Assembly (NCBI GenBank): GCA_030622115.1
Contig: JAUXGN010000007.1
Coordinates: forward strand, 4,547 to 68,546
Length of the DNA: 64,000 nucleotides
Direction of reading: 5' to 3'
Source: Candidatus Eiseniibacteriota bacterium
GTDB taxonomy: Bacteria; Joyebacterota; Joyebacteria; Joyebacterales; Joyebacteraceae
Made by a program: the position numbers and the translations under genes
The notes under the pieces: generated by a model
Database searches by the model: none
Seen by the model: only the letters and a program-made list of their open reading frames with translations
Told to the model about the DNA's origin: nothing
In this document: one piece after another, positions 1 through 9,497 of the stretch
How positions within the stretch are numbered: the first letter of the stretch is position 1
Layout of the letters: each line of letters begins with the position of its first letter

Positions 1-194
1 GGCCGTCCAACGTCCCGCAGGACATCGCAGCTCGGGAGTGTGATGAGGTCATACCCGTCAGAGTCCGAGAACACCAGGGCCTGTTGTGAGAACGTCACAG
101 TATGTTCGAGAACGGCCCCTACCGCCGGCATCGTCGTTAGTAAAACGGCGCATAGAATTCCCAGGGCTGCCGCCTTGCTCAATTGTGTGTGCAT
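1..194 (-). CDS. N-terminus of a secreted protein with a probable peptidase C25 (gingipain-like) propeptide; runs off the window edge
   Basis: Manual translation MHTQLSKAAALGILCAVLLTTMPAVGAVLEHTVTFSQQALVFSDSDGYDLITLPSCDVLRDVGRP: signal peptide, then a GYDLI.L...VGRP pattern typical of C25 propeptides; RBS AAGGAG upstream. Not in the ORF track. Confidence 0.6.
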   Translation of the reverse strand, partial: MHTQLSKAAALGILCAVLLTTMPAVGAVLEHTVTFSQQALVFSDSDGYDLITLPSCDVLRDVGR

Positions 195-373
195 GTCCGC
201 AGCTCCTTTCGACTGGCGATCCGGATGTCTGAGAGGAACATACCTGCTTACAGGTTGATACTATTGGTTTGAGTTGTCAAGGGAAGGATGCTATAAGAGA
301 ACAGCGTTCAGGTGCTCTTGCCTGTTGCTCTCCTGAGTGTGGTCGTCCTTGAGCGGGAGCGGAGGGTGACCAC

Positions 374-403
374 AGAAAGAAAACAGGGCCCAGGGGACCC
401 CGT
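374..403 (-). terminator. Intrinsic terminator after tRNA-Leu
   Basis: Stem ACGGGGTCC-cct-GGGCCCTGT followed by TTTCTTTCT on the minus strand. Confidence 0.75.
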
Positions 404-428
404 TCGCTCTTGGATTTGCGAATCTCTA

Positions 429-515
429 TGGTGCCCGGAGCGAGACTCGAACTCGCACAGGCATAAGCCCACCGCCCCCTCAAGACGGCGTGTCTACCAG
501 TTCCACCATCCGGGC
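429..515 (-). tRNA. tRNA-Leu(GAG)
   Basis: GCCCGGATGGTGGAACTGGTAGACACG-CCGTC-TTGAGGG-GGCGG, long variable arm, GTTCGAGTC T-loop, encoded CCA; the usual position downstream of secG. Confidence 0.97.
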
Positions 516-576
516 AATTCCACTGTACCTCTACAAACACCTCCAACCGGGCTTCGATGTTTGTGAGAAAAGCATA

Positions 577-987
577 CTACTCGTCGGAGCCGTCCTGGGC
601 AATCGGAATCTGCTCCCCAGATGGCTGTGCCTCTGTGCCGGCCTCATCACTACCCGGCAGTCCGCCCTCGAACTGCTGCGGTATCGGCTCTCCGGTTGCC
701 GCTGCAGGAGCCGGCTGCATTCCCCGAAGTCCTTCCTCCACGGTTCCAGGTGTCCTTGTTCGGACGATCAGAGCCATGGAGAGCGAGGAGACCATGAAGA
801 TCACGGCTAGATAGCGGGTGGCCTTCGTCAGAAACGATGCTGCCGTCTGTCCTCCGAAAACCGCTCCCACACCTCCGCCGCCACCGAATGCCCCAGCCAG
901 TCCCCCACCCTTCCCGGATTGGAGGAGAACTGTGACAATCAGCCCCAAGGAGACCAGGATGTGTAGTGCAAGCATGGCTGTGTACAT
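577..987 (-). CDS. secG: Preprotein translocase subunit SecG
   Basis: VLLQSGKGGGLAGAFGGG...FLTKAT motif, two TM helices; true start MYTAML at 987 with GGAGG RBS. Confidence 0.93.
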   Translation of the reverse strand: MYTAMLALHILVSLGLIVTVLLQSGKGGGLAGAFGGGGGVGAVFGGQTAASFLTKATRYLAVIFMVSSLSMALIVRTRTPGTVEEGLRGMQPAPAAATGEPIPQQFEGGLPGSDEAGTEAQPSGEQIPIAQDGSDE

Positions 988-1045
988 CGACTGATACCTC
1001 CCGCGTGCCGTGGCACGGTCTGATGCCGCGCTCACGCGGCCGTGA

Positions 1046-1819
1046 TCATTGCTGCGCCTGGACAGCAGCTCCGATGATTCCAGCAAAAGCGCCAGCATCA
1101 AGGCTCGCGCCGCCGACGAGCACACCATCGACATCGCTTTCCGCCATGAGGCCGGCCGTGTTGTCCGGATTGACGCTGCCGCCGTACAGAACCCGAAGTC
1201 CGTCTGCGACGACATTACCAAAGATAGCACCTACCGACCGCCGAATCAAGCCATGAACCACATTCGCCTGATCAGGAGTTGCACTTAGCCCCGTCCCGAT
1301 AGCCCAGACCGGCTCGTAGGCGAGCACGATCCTCCCGGCGTGGTCCGGCGCCACTCCCTTGAGCGCGCTTTTGACCTGTTCCACCACGATATGCTCGGTT
1401 TTGCCGGCCTCGCGTTCCGCAAGGGCCTCTCCCACGCATACAATGGGGGTCAGTGTGCCGGAAAGCACCTTCAAGAGCTTACGATTCACATCCTCGTCCG
1501 ATTCCCCAAAGAGAGCGCGTCGCTCCGAGTGCCCGATCAGCACGTGTGAGACACCGAGCGACTCAAGCATCTCAGTCGAAATCTCGCCGGTGAAGGCGCC
1601 TGCGGACTCCCAGTACACGTTCTGTGCGCCGATCGCGATGCCGCATTCGCGAGTAGCGTCGACCGCGGTCTCAAGAACGGCCGACGGTGGACAGATAAGC
1701 ACTTCCGGCGGAGTGTCGATCCCTGCGATCCTGTTCCTGAGCGTCAGGAGAAATCGACGTGCTTGATAGGGCGTCTTGTTCAACTTCCAGTTGCCCGCGA
1801 TGACCGGTCTTCTCGACAC
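1046..1819 (-). CDS. tpiA: Triosephosphate isomerase
   Basis: AGNWK, IGHSERR, AYEPVWAIGTG, YGGSV, LVGGASL motifs. Confidence 0.98.
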   Translation of the reverse strand: MSRRPVIAGNWKLNKTPYQARRFLLTLRNRIAGIDTPPEVLICPPSAVLETAVDATRECGIAIGAQNVYWESAGAFTGEISTEMLESLGVSHVLIGHSERRALFGESDEDVNRKLLKVLSGTLTPIVCVGEALAEREAGKTEHIVVEQVKSALKGVAPDHAGRIVLAYEPVWAIGTGLSATPDQANVVHGLIRRSVGAIFGNVVADGLRVLYGGSVNPDNTAGLMAESDVDGVLVGGASLDAGAFAGIIGAAVQAQQ

Positions 1820-1836
1820 TGTCTCATAGCTCCTTG

Positions 1837-3036
1837 TCAGGCGTCGGTGAGGGCTTCTATCGCCGGAAGAGCCTTGCCCTCGAGGACGGCCAGTGATGCT
1901 CCTCCGCCTGTAGATATGTGGCTTATCCGATCGGCAACACCGGCGCGCCCCACGGCGGCGATAGAATCACCACCGCCGACTATGCTGATTGCGCCCGAGT
2001 CGGTCGCTTTCGCGACTGCTTCAGCCAGAGCGAGTGTTCCGCGGGAGAAGGCGTCCAACTCGAACACACCCACCGGTCCGTTCCAGACGATGGTCTTCGC
2101 ACCTGAGATGGCCTCCGAAAAAGCGCGGATGGTCTGTGGGCCTATGTCGAGCCCCTTCCATCCCGCCTCGATCGAGTCGGCGGGAACGATCCTGGTCTCG
2201 GCTTCCTCAGAGATCTCTCGTGCGACGACAACGTCGTTCGGAAGGAGCAGCGTCTTGCCGTCGGCCTGAGCGCGTTTGAGCATACGTGCGGCCGTCTCCA
2301 AGCGGTCGTCTTCGACAAGCGAGTCGCCGATGGACAGTCCCTTCGCCTTCAGAAAGGTGAAGGCCATGCCCCCACCGATCAAGAGGATATCAAGCATCGG
2401 CATGAGGTTCTCAATGACGCCGATCTTGCCTGAGACCTTGGCTCCACCCAGAATGGCCGCGTATGGGCGCTCGGGCGAGGCGGTTGCCTTGGTGAGATTT
2501 CGCAGTTCGTTCTCGATCAGGAACCCCATCGCGCATTCATCCAAGTGGTCGGTTACTCCCACGGTCGAAGCGTGGGCGCGGTGAGCCGTCCCGAAGGCGT
2601 CGTCTACATAGACATCACCCATCCGTGCCAGACGACGGGCGAAATCGGGCTCGTTCTTGGTCTCTCCCGCGTGGAAGCGGAGGTTCTCAAGAAGCGTGAC
2701 GTCCCCGTCGTTCATTTGGGCTACCACACCCTCAGTCGTGTCTCCCACACAGTCCGGGGCCATCGTTACACCTCGGCCGATGAGCTTCGAAAGTCGTTCC
2801 GAGACCGGTCTCAAGCTCAGTTCCGGAATACTCATGCCCTTCGGACGCCCGAGGTGAGACATGAGAACTGCCTTCCCGCCGTGCTTCCTTATGAACTCGA
2901 TCGTCGGGAGAGCCGCCCTTATGCGCGTATCGTCGCCAACGCGGTCGTCGCTCCCGAGCGGGACATTGAAATCGACGCGTGTCAGGACTCGTTTCCCTCT
3001 CAGATCGAGGTCTCTCAGACGCTTCTTTGCTGTCAT
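1837..3036 (-). CDS. pgk: Phosphoglycerate kinase
   Basis: RVDFNVP, SHLGRP, LLENLRF, DAFGTAHRAHAS, WNGPVGVFE, HISTGGGA. Confidence 0.98.
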   Translation of the reverse strand: MTAKKRLRDLDLRGKRVLTRVDFNVPLGSDDRVGDDTRIRAALPTIEFIRKHGGKAVLMSHLGRPKGMSIPELSLRPVSERLSKLIGRGVTMAPDCVGDTTEGVVAQMNDGDVTLLENLRFHAGETKNEPDFARRLARMGDVYVDDAFGTAHRAHASTVGVTDHLDECAMGFLIENELRNLTKATASPERPYAAILGGAKVSGKIGVIENLMPMLDILLIGGGMAFTFLKAKGLSIGDSLVEDDRLETAARMLKRAQADGKTLLLPNDVVVAREISEEAETRIVPADSIEAGWKGLDIGPQTIRAFSEAISGAKTIVWNGPVGVFELDAFSRGTLALAEAVAKATDSGAISIVGGGDSIAAVGRAGVADRISHISTGGGASLAVLEGKALPAIEALTDA

Positions 3037-3045
3037 GATTCAACC

Positions 3046-4056
3046 CTACCTGCTCGCCACGAGCTTCATCATGTCGACCATGCGAGAGGCATAGCCGGCT
3101 TCATTGTCATACCACCCGAGTATCTTAACGAGGTCGCCGCCGGTCACGGTGGTGAGCCCGCTGTCGAAGATGCAGGAGTGCCTGTCTCCGACTATGTCTA
3201 TGGAGACGAGCGGTTCATCGGTGTAGCGGAGGTAGTCCTTAAGAGGACCTTCCTTCGATGCCTTGAGGAACGCGGCATTGACCTCTTCCGCAGAGGTCTT
3301 CTTCTCCACGTGCACCACGAAATCAACAAGTGATCCGTCAGGTGTTGGAACACGAACCGCCATTCCCTCGAGCCTCCCGGCCATGTCCGGGATGACGAGC
3401 GCAATCGCCTTGGCCGCCCCGGTCGTTGTCGGGATCATGCTGACTGCCGCAGCCCTTGCGCGCCTCAGGTCACTGTGAGGCAGATCGAGTATCTTCTGAT
3501 CGTTCGTATAAGCGTGGATCGTCGTCATGACGCCCTTGATCACACCGAAATTGTTATTCAGTACACTGATCATCGGTGCAGCACAGTTCGTGGTGCAGGA
3601 AGCCGTGGATATGATGTGATGATTATCCGGTTCGTAGAGAGCGTCGTTGACGCCCATCACGATGGAGATATCGATGCCCTTGCCCTTGCCGGGGGCGGAG
3701 ATCATCACCTTGCGGGCGCCGGCCGTCAGATGCTTCGCGGCACCCTCACGAGTGCGGAAGGCGCCGGTCGCCTCGATAACGACATCAACATCGAGCTTGC
3801 CCCAATCGAGCTTCTCTGGATCCCTCTGGGAGAAAACGGGGATGCTCTCACCGTCGACAACGATGTTCCCGCCTTCTACGCTCACTTCCCCATCGTATAC
3901 CCCGTGCACGGAGTCGTACTTGAAGAGGTGTGCCAGGGTCGCCGCGTCGGTCAGGTCATTCACAGCCACGATGTCGAAATCGGGGTTGTGTCTCGCAAAG
4001 CGAAGCACGAGCCGACCTATCCTGCCGAATCCGTTGATCGCGTACTTGAGAGCCAT
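3046..4056 (-). CDS. gap: Type I glyceraldehyde-3-phosphate dehydrogenase
   Basis: INGFGRIGR, ASCTTNC, TTGAAKA, RVPTPD, WYDNE. Confidence 0.98.
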   Translation of the reverse strand: MALKYAINGFGRIGRLVLRFARHNPDFDIVAVNDLTDAATLAHLFKYDSVHGVYDGEVSVEGGNIVVDGESIPVFSQRDPEKLDWGKLDVDVVIEATGAFRTREGAAKHLTAGARKVMISAPGKGKGIDISIVMGVNDALYEPDNHHIISTASCTTNCAAPMISVLNNNFGVIKGVMTTIHAYTNDQKILDLPHSDLRRARAAAVSMIPTTTGAAKAIALVIPDMAGRLEGMAVRVPTPDGSLVDFVVHVEKKTSAEEVNAAFLKASKEGPLKDYLRYTDEPLVSIDIVGDRHSCIFDSGLTTVTGGDLVKILGWYDNEAGYASRMVDMMKLVASR

Positions 4057-4064
4057 GCTTCCTC

Positions 4065-4988
4065 CTAGGCCTTGCCTGCCGAACCGAAAAGCTCGATCTT
4101 GGACTTGACGAGTTCCTTCATGCCTTCACGCGTGGCCCCGAGGATCTTCCTCGGATCGAACACCTCGGGGTTCTCGGCCAGTATCTGGCGCGCGTACCCC
4201 GTGAATGCCAGGCGCAAATCCGTGTCGATGTTCACCTTCGCAATTCCAAATGGGATCGCCTCTCGGATGCTCTCGGGCGGCACGCCCTTTGCCCCAGGCA
4301 GCTCCGCTCCGTACTTGCGAGCAAGATCGAGAACCTCCGGAGGGACTGCCGAGGCGCCGTGCAGCACAAGAGGTACTGACACGAGCTCAGCTATCTTCTC
4401 GAGCCGGTCGATGGCCAGCTTCGCATCTCCCTTGAACTTGTATGCGCCGTGTGAAGTTCCTATGGCAATCGCCAGCGAGTCACAGCCGCTTGATTCCACA
4501 AACTCCGCTGCCTGGTTGGGATCGGTCATGGCAGCGTCGCGCTCGTCCACGGCGATCTCGTCTTCCACTCCCATCAACCTGCCGAGTTCGGCTTCGACAC
4601 TGATGCCCATCGGGTGGGCGAGTTCCACAACCGCCCGCGTCTCCTCGATGTTCTCCGCAAACGGAAGGTGCGACCCATCGATCATCACCGATGTCCAGCC
4701 GTTATCTATGCAACCGCGGATGACATCGAGGTCGGTTCCGTGATCGAGGTGCAGAGAGGCCGGCACGCCGGTCTCGTCCGAGAAGTTCCTGACGAGGTCG
4801 TGAAGGTTCTTGTAGCCGGCATACTTGATGGCCGACTGAGATGTGGCGATGATCACGGGCGAGTTGAGTTCAGCTGCAGCTTCAAAGATAGCGGCCGTGA
4901 TCTCAAGGTTGCTCGTGTTGAACGCGCCAACAGCGTAGCCGCCCTGACGAGCGGGCACCATCAGCTCATTGTTGTCCAGAAGTGGCAT
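4065..4988 (-). CDS. fba: Class II fructose-bisphosphate aldolase
   Basis: HLDHG, SVMIDGS, GTSHGAYKF, VLHGAS, KVNIDTD. Confidence 0.95.
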   Translation of the reverse strand: MPLLDNNELMVPARQGGYAVGAFNTSNLEITAAIFEAAAELNSPVIIATSQSAIKYAGYKNLHDLVRNFSDETGVPASLHLDHGTDLDVIRGCIDNGWTSVMIDGSHLPFAENIEETRAVVELAHPMGISVEAELGRLMGVEDEIAVDERDAAMTDPNQAAEFVESSGCDSLAIAIGTSHGAYKFKGDAKLAIDRLEKIAELVSVPLVLHGASAVPPEVLDLARKYGAELPGAKGVPPESIREAIPFGIAKVNIDTDLRLAFTGYARQILAENPEVFDPRKILGATREGMKELVKSKIELFGSAGKA

Positions 4989-4996
4989 GAGAACTC

Positions 4997-6040
4997 CTAT
5001 CCAAAGAATGTCCTGGCGACCTCATAAAGCTCTGAGTCGACCCGCTTGATACACTCCATCGCGTGGGCCATCTCCACTGGAATGACCTTGTCCCCTTGCA
5101 GACTCGTCATCTTGCCGAACTGACCGGCGTGAATGAGGTCGGCCGCGAGAACGCCGAAGCGTGTGCCGAGGACGCGGTCAAACGCAGTTGGTGTTCCGCC
5201 GCGCTGAGTGTATCCAAGCACGGTCACGCGTGTCTCGTATCCCGTGCGCTCTTCGATCACCTTGGCAATCCTGTTCCCGATGCCCCCGAGGCGGACGTGA
5301 CCGAACGCATCCGTCACCTTGGACTGGACAACGAGCTCTGCCTCATCGTCGTCATTCGTGGGATACTCGGCGCCCTCCGAGACAACGACGATACTGAAGT
5401 TCTTGCCCCTGGCATGACGCTTCTGGATGACCTCACAGACCTCATCGATAGTGAAGGGAACCTCGGGTATGAGGATAAGGTCAGCTCCACCTGCGATGCC
5501 CGACTTGACGGCAATCCAACCCGCGCCTCTTCCCATCACCTCGACCACCACGACCCTGTTGTGCGACTCCGCGGTTGTGTGGAGACGGTCGATCGCCTCT
5601 GTAGCGATGTGCACAGCCGTATCGAATCCGAACGTGAAGTCGGTCCCGTTGATGTCATTATCGATCGTCTTTGGCACTCCGACGAGAGGGAACCCATCCT
5701 GCCAGAGGTGGAGTGCGACGCCCAACGTATCCTCGCCACCGACGGCCACGATGCCGTTCAGGTTGAGTTCAGAGAGCGTCTCCTTGACCCGATCTACACC
5801 GTTCTTCTCTTTGTAGACATTCGTCCTGGATGTTCCGAGGATCGTCCCACCGCGAGGGAGAATTCCGGAGACCTCGTCCAGACCGAGAGGTCGGTGGTCG
5901 TTCTTGAGAACTCCAGCCCAACCGTATCTGAACCCGATCACCTCACCACCATACTTGCTGATCGTCCGTCTGACGATCGCCCTGATAACCGCGTTGAGAC
6001 CTGGGCAGTCTCCTCCACCTGTCAGGATTCCTACCTTCAT
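4997..6040 (-). CDS. pfkA: 6-phosphofructokinase, group III-like, possibly PPi-dependent
   Basis: LTGGGDCPGLN, GGTILGTSR, GGED, PKTIDND, EVMGR; start MKVGIL at 6040. Confidence 0.93.
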   Translation of the reverse strand: MKVGILTGGGDCPGLNAVIRAIVRRTISKYGGEVIGFRYGWAGVLKNDHRPLGLDEVSGILPRGGTILGTSRTNVYKEKNGVDRVKETLSELNLNGIVAVGGEDTLGVALHLWQDGFPLVGVPKTIDNDINGTDFTFGFDTAVHIATEAIDRLHTTAESHNRVVVVEVMGRGAGWIAVKSGIAGGADLILIPEVPFTIDEVCEVIQKRHARGKNFSIVVVSEGAEYPTNDDDEAELVVQSKVTDAFGHVRLGGIGNRIAKVIEERTGYETRVTVLGYTQRGGTPTAFDRVLGTRFGVLAADLIHAGQFGKMTSLQGDKVIPVEMAHAMECIKRVDSELYEVARTFFG

Positions 6041-6096
6041 CGCTCCCTCCAACCGCTTCCTGAGTGTTTTCTCAGCGAGTCAATCACAATCAAATC

Positions 6097-6125
6097 AGAA
6101 TAGTCTCGCTCAGGGCCACTGTCAA
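6097..6125 (-). promoter_or_regulatory. sigma70-type promoter of the glycolytic operon
   Basis: TTGACA-17 bp-TATTCT on the minus strand. Confidence 0.75.
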
Positions 6126-6151
6126 CCCGTTTTGGTCTCTACGTACCCCTG

Positions 6152-6184
6152 ACAGAAGAGCACCCGCGCCGACGGCGCGGGTGC
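6152..6184 (-). terminator. Intrinsic terminator after the secreted CTD protein
   Basis: Perfect 11-bp stem GCACCCGCGCC/GGCGCGGGTGC followed by TCTTCTGT. Confidence 0.7.
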
Positions 6185-6228
6185 CCCAAGACACAGTCCG
6201 CCTCTCTCGAACCTCGATTGTGGTGATA

Positions 6229-8427
6229 CTACTTGAGCATGACCATCTTGCGGCTTGCCTCGAAGCCCGGCGTATCGATGCGATAGAAATAGACGCCGCT
6301 TGCGCACTGTCGTCCCTCAGCGTCACGGCCGTCCCAGACGACCGAGCCCGAGTGTCCGGCATCGACGTCGGCATCCAGAAGCGTACGCACGAGCTTCCCG
6401 GCGACATCGTGGACCCCGATGGTCACGTGTTCGGCGTCCCTGACGCTGTAGGCGATCGTGGCAATCGGGTTGAACGGGTTGGGATGCGACTGAGAAAGCC
6501 TGTTCCGGAACTGCCCATGGTCAACGTCCGTCGGGAACTCCGATGGCTCGACCTCGAAGTAGTCCATGATATTCTCAAGAAGATCCACAACATGTGCGAA
6601 CCCGTTTTCGTGAATGGGGAAGTCTCCGCCACTGATGCGTTCTCCGACGATGGACTCCAGACCGAAGCAGAGATAGACCGTCTGACAGTGGAGCACAGGG
6701 TTGTCATACGCGACCCCGCCCCCCCGGCCGTTAACCGGAAATCCGCACACGTACTGAGCGTACTCCCCAAGGGCGTCCGTGAGGACACAATCGTACAGGT
6801 TTACACGCGGGCAACCCCTGCGAAGCCAGCAGTCGTTGCTCAGGAACGTGTCATCCCCCCAAGCATCAACCACGAGAAGTGGCCAATCTACGAAGTGGAT
6901 CTCCCCATTGTAGACAGAGTACAGGTAATGGTCGAAGAAGTTGGTCTGATCTGCACCGAACACGCTGAGATCTGTGCCGATCCTGTTGCCGGCCAGAAGG
7001 AGGTTCCTCTCGGCGCCCAGGTTGAGTGCGTCGGAGAGCCAAGTCTCGAGCGTGATCTGGTCGGAGAGCGTGACTGTGTTCTCCTCCAGATCGTTTGTGA
7101 ACCAGATGACGGTCTCGTAGTTCCGGAGTCCCTCGATGTCGGGCCCCTGCGAACTCGTTGCGTCACCGAGTGGATCTCTGACATCGTACACGTTGTAGTC
7201 CGTCCCGAAGCCCAGGACGTCGAGGGCTTCTCGGTAGTAGTGCTCTGATTCGTACGTGTAGTCCCCGTTCTCGTCCGGCGTGAGCTCGCCGTGCTTGTCT
7301 ACCACGAGGATCCCGACTGTCTCGGGCCCCTCGGCGATGATTGGCAGGATGGAGAACTCGAAGTATGGGCCGCCAGGATCGCCGGGATAGTAAGACTCGT
7401 TCCCGTAGGGATCGAGGGCCCGGTAGTAGTACCAGATCTCTTTGCCCGGATCCATCAGGTCGACGGGCGCCGAGGCCTCCCACCAGTCCGCCAGGTCGGA
7501 CGTCAGCGCATACGAGTTCCAGCTGGCGCCGCCATTGTTCGATGCGAAGAGGTGCACATCGGAAACACCGTCCTCATCGCGAACTCGCACACGGGCCTGA
7601 TCGTCGAGGGCCTCTCCGGGCAAGAGCTCGTGATCGAACCAGTCCTTGAAGAGATCTTCTCGATCGCAGTGCCATCGCGTTTCCCCGGCGCAGGAGACCG
7701 CACCAACGCGGACCCTGTTGAGGAAGACGCCTCCCCGGGCCGAGCCGGGCTCGTGGTCCTCCTCGTTCCAGAGAAACAAGTGGAGCCCCAACCAATCCAG
7801 ATCCATCACGTGAGCCAGGTCGGTCTCCACGACCTCCCATGCTGGTCCGCCGCGCCAACTGGCTTTCGGGTATCCCGCACCGATCGGCTCTACCACATAC
7901 AGGGGATCATCTGACGCTCGGTCCAGCAGGACGTAGAAGTCGTGGGCCTGACGGGGGCAGTCAACCCAGATCTCCCAGCGGGCAACGAGGTTGGACGCTC
8001 CCGAGACATTGATCGCCGGGCTAGCAAGCTCGGCAGACTCACCATCGACCACGTGACCTGTGAAGGGATCTACCGCAGCGTACATCCACGATCCCGCGGG
8101 CCTGTCGTCACACGTCGGGGTCCGGCCTGTGTCGAAGTCAATCCCGGTCTGCCCGCGCCAGAACCTAACGCCTGTCTGCGGGTCCGCGTGGTCGTATGAG
8201 AGCCATCCCGCATTGTCTCCAGTCAGATCTTCGAAATCGGCATCGAATATCCAGAGCGTCTCACACTCGCTCCGGGACAACTGGGGGGCGACACTTGCCG
8301 GAGATCCGATCAGCCGCGGCGCCGGCCTACCGATGTCAGTGACCTTGCGATCGTCGGACCGTGAGTCCTGTGCAAGTAACGCAAGAAGAACACAAATGAC
8401 GCACACGGCCAAGAGAGTGCGCTTCAC
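6229..8427 (-). CDS. Secreted protein with a C-terminal FlgD-Ig/T9SS-type sorting domain, function unknown
   Basis: GTG start after GAGGAGG gives signal peptide MKRTLLAVCVICVLLALLA; C-terminus HPNPFNP...VHDVAGKLVRTL...WDGRD...SGVYFYRI...RKMVMLK. Confidence 0.8.
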   Translation of the reverse strand: MKRTLLAVCVICVLLALLAQDSRSDDRKVTDIGRPAPRLIGSPASVAPQLSRSECETLWIFDADFEDLTGDNAGWLSYDHADPQTGVRFWRGQTGIDFDTGRTPTCDDRPAGSWMYAAVDPFTGHVVDGESAELASPAINVSGASNLVARWEIWVDCPRQAHDFYVLLDRASDDPLYVVEPIGAGYPKASWRGGPAWEVVETDLAHVMDLDWLGLHLFLWNEEDHEPGSARGGVFLNRVRVGAVSCAGETRWHCDREDLFKDWFDHELLPGEALDDQARVRVRDEDGVSDVHLFASNNGGASWNSYALTSDLADWWEASAPVDLMDPGKEIWYYYRALDPYGNESYYPGDPGGPYFEFSILPIIAEGPETVGILVVDKHGELTPDENGDYTYESEHYYREALDVLGFGTDYNVYDVRDPLGDATSSQGPDIEGLRNYETVIWFTNDLEENTVTLSDQITLETWLSDALNLGAERNLLLAGNRIGTDLSVFGADQTNFFDHYLYSVYNGEIHFVDWPLLVVDAWGDDTFLSNDCWLRRGCPRVNLYDCVLTDALGEYAQYVCGFPVNGRGGGVAYDNPVLHCQTVYLCFGLESIVGERISGGDFPIHENGFAHVVDLLENIMDYFEVEPSEFPTDVDHGQFRNRLSQSHPNPFNPIATIAYSVRDAEHVTIGVHDVAGKLVRTLLDADVDAGHSGSVVWDGRDAEGRQCASGVYFYRIDTPGFEASRKMVMLK

Positions 8428-8706
8428 TACGATCACCTCCTCTGTTTGAAGGGGAGTCAAGTACCGGCACTCCTGCATGCCGTGGGGCAACACTTCCGGA
8501 CCTTCCGAAGCCTGGCTCGTGACAAACATCCGCCGGGGGTGCGGATGGATCTCATCCTCACCCGAGGGGCACGCATATGCGACTGATGCCAAATTATCAC
8601 ATACATTGTACCGTCATCATGCACGGCGACACAAGGCCATTCTGAGATCCATTAGGCAAAGCACACGCACATCGTGACCCTCCCAGCCGAGTGAGGAAGC
8701 CGGCCT

Positions 8707-9444
8707 CTATGGGGGCCCAGCAACCGCGACCAGGGCGACGGAATCGGCTCCCGCCTCAAGCACGGCTGCCCCGGCGGCTCGCAGTGTTGCACCAGTCGTC
8801 ACCACATCATCAAGGAGGAGGACGCGATGATGGGCCAGCTCGCCTCCTCGCGCCTGGAACGCCCGCAGGGTGTTGGTGAATCGGAGCGCTCTCTCCAGCC
8901 GTGCCTGGCTTTCCGTCGCACGGGTCCTTGCGAGTGCGTGCGGTAGAACAGGGAGGGCCATGCGGTCACCAAGCTTGTGAGCGATTAGAAGGGCCTGGTT
9001 GTATCCCCTCTCCCTCCTTCTGGTGGAGTGCAGAGGAACAGGAACGATGAGATCGCATTCCGATGGCGCGGCGAGGGCAGCGGCCGAGGCCAGGAGCTCC
9101 GCCAGTGAAACGGCGCCTTGGTACTTGAACGCGTGAATAACGGCACGTACGACGCCTTCGAACGGCAGCGCGTAACTCACGCTAAGGAGACACTCGCGCG
9201 AGTGCTTCACAAGAGCATCGGCGCCGGTCCCATCTTCTGCATCGGCGTACGAAAGCGGCATGGTACGTGAAGCCGCATTGAGAGAACGGGCGCATGCCCG
9301 ACAGAGATGCTTCTCTCCGTCTTCCATGTGCATTCCACATCCGATGCAGGAGTCCGGGCAGGCGAATGCCAGGAGTGCTCGAACGACACGTAGAGATGAG
9401 TTCCGGACTGTCACGAGAGGGCACCAGGGAGCGTTCTGGAACAA
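8707..9444 (-). CDS. comF: ComF family phosphoribosyltransferase-like protein
   Basis: CxxC...CxxC zinc motifs, VPVPLH..R.RERGYNQA, VLLLDDVVTTGATL; start uncertain. Confidence 0.88.
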   Translation of the reverse strand: MFQNAPWCPLVTVRNSSLRVVRALLAFACPDSCIGCGMHMEDGEKHLCRACARSLNAASRTMPLSYADAEDGTGADALVKHSRECLLSVSYALPFEGVVRAVIHAFKYQGAVSLAELLASAAALAAPSECDLIVPVPLHSTRRRERGYNQALLIAHKLGDRMALPVLPHALARTRATESQARLERALRFTNTLRAFQARGGELAHHRVLLLDDVVTTGATLRAAGAAVLEAGADSVALVAVAGPP

Positions 9445-9497
9445 GATGGTCCGGGGTAAGACGGCGCCGAGTGTCAGGCGCCCGCTCGGGCGATCAC

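Noticed and set aside
250-280. sigma70 promoter for the C25-like gene
   Set aside because: TTGACA is present but there is no convincing -10 box at 16-18 bp spacing.
429-515. tRNA-Leu as an integration site for a mobile element
   Set aside because: No integrase and no duplicated tRNA 3' end visible; the terminator follows directly.
988-1230. 80-aa N-terminal extension of SecG
   Set aside because: It overlaps tpiA; the RBS and family length support the ATG at 987.
6064-7248. Long plus-strand ORFs antisense to real genes (also 5063-6103, 10614-11564, 36454-37650, 44628-45653, 58192-59553)
   Set aside because: Shadow ORFs expected from high-GC codon bias; no motifs, and fully opposite well-supported genes.
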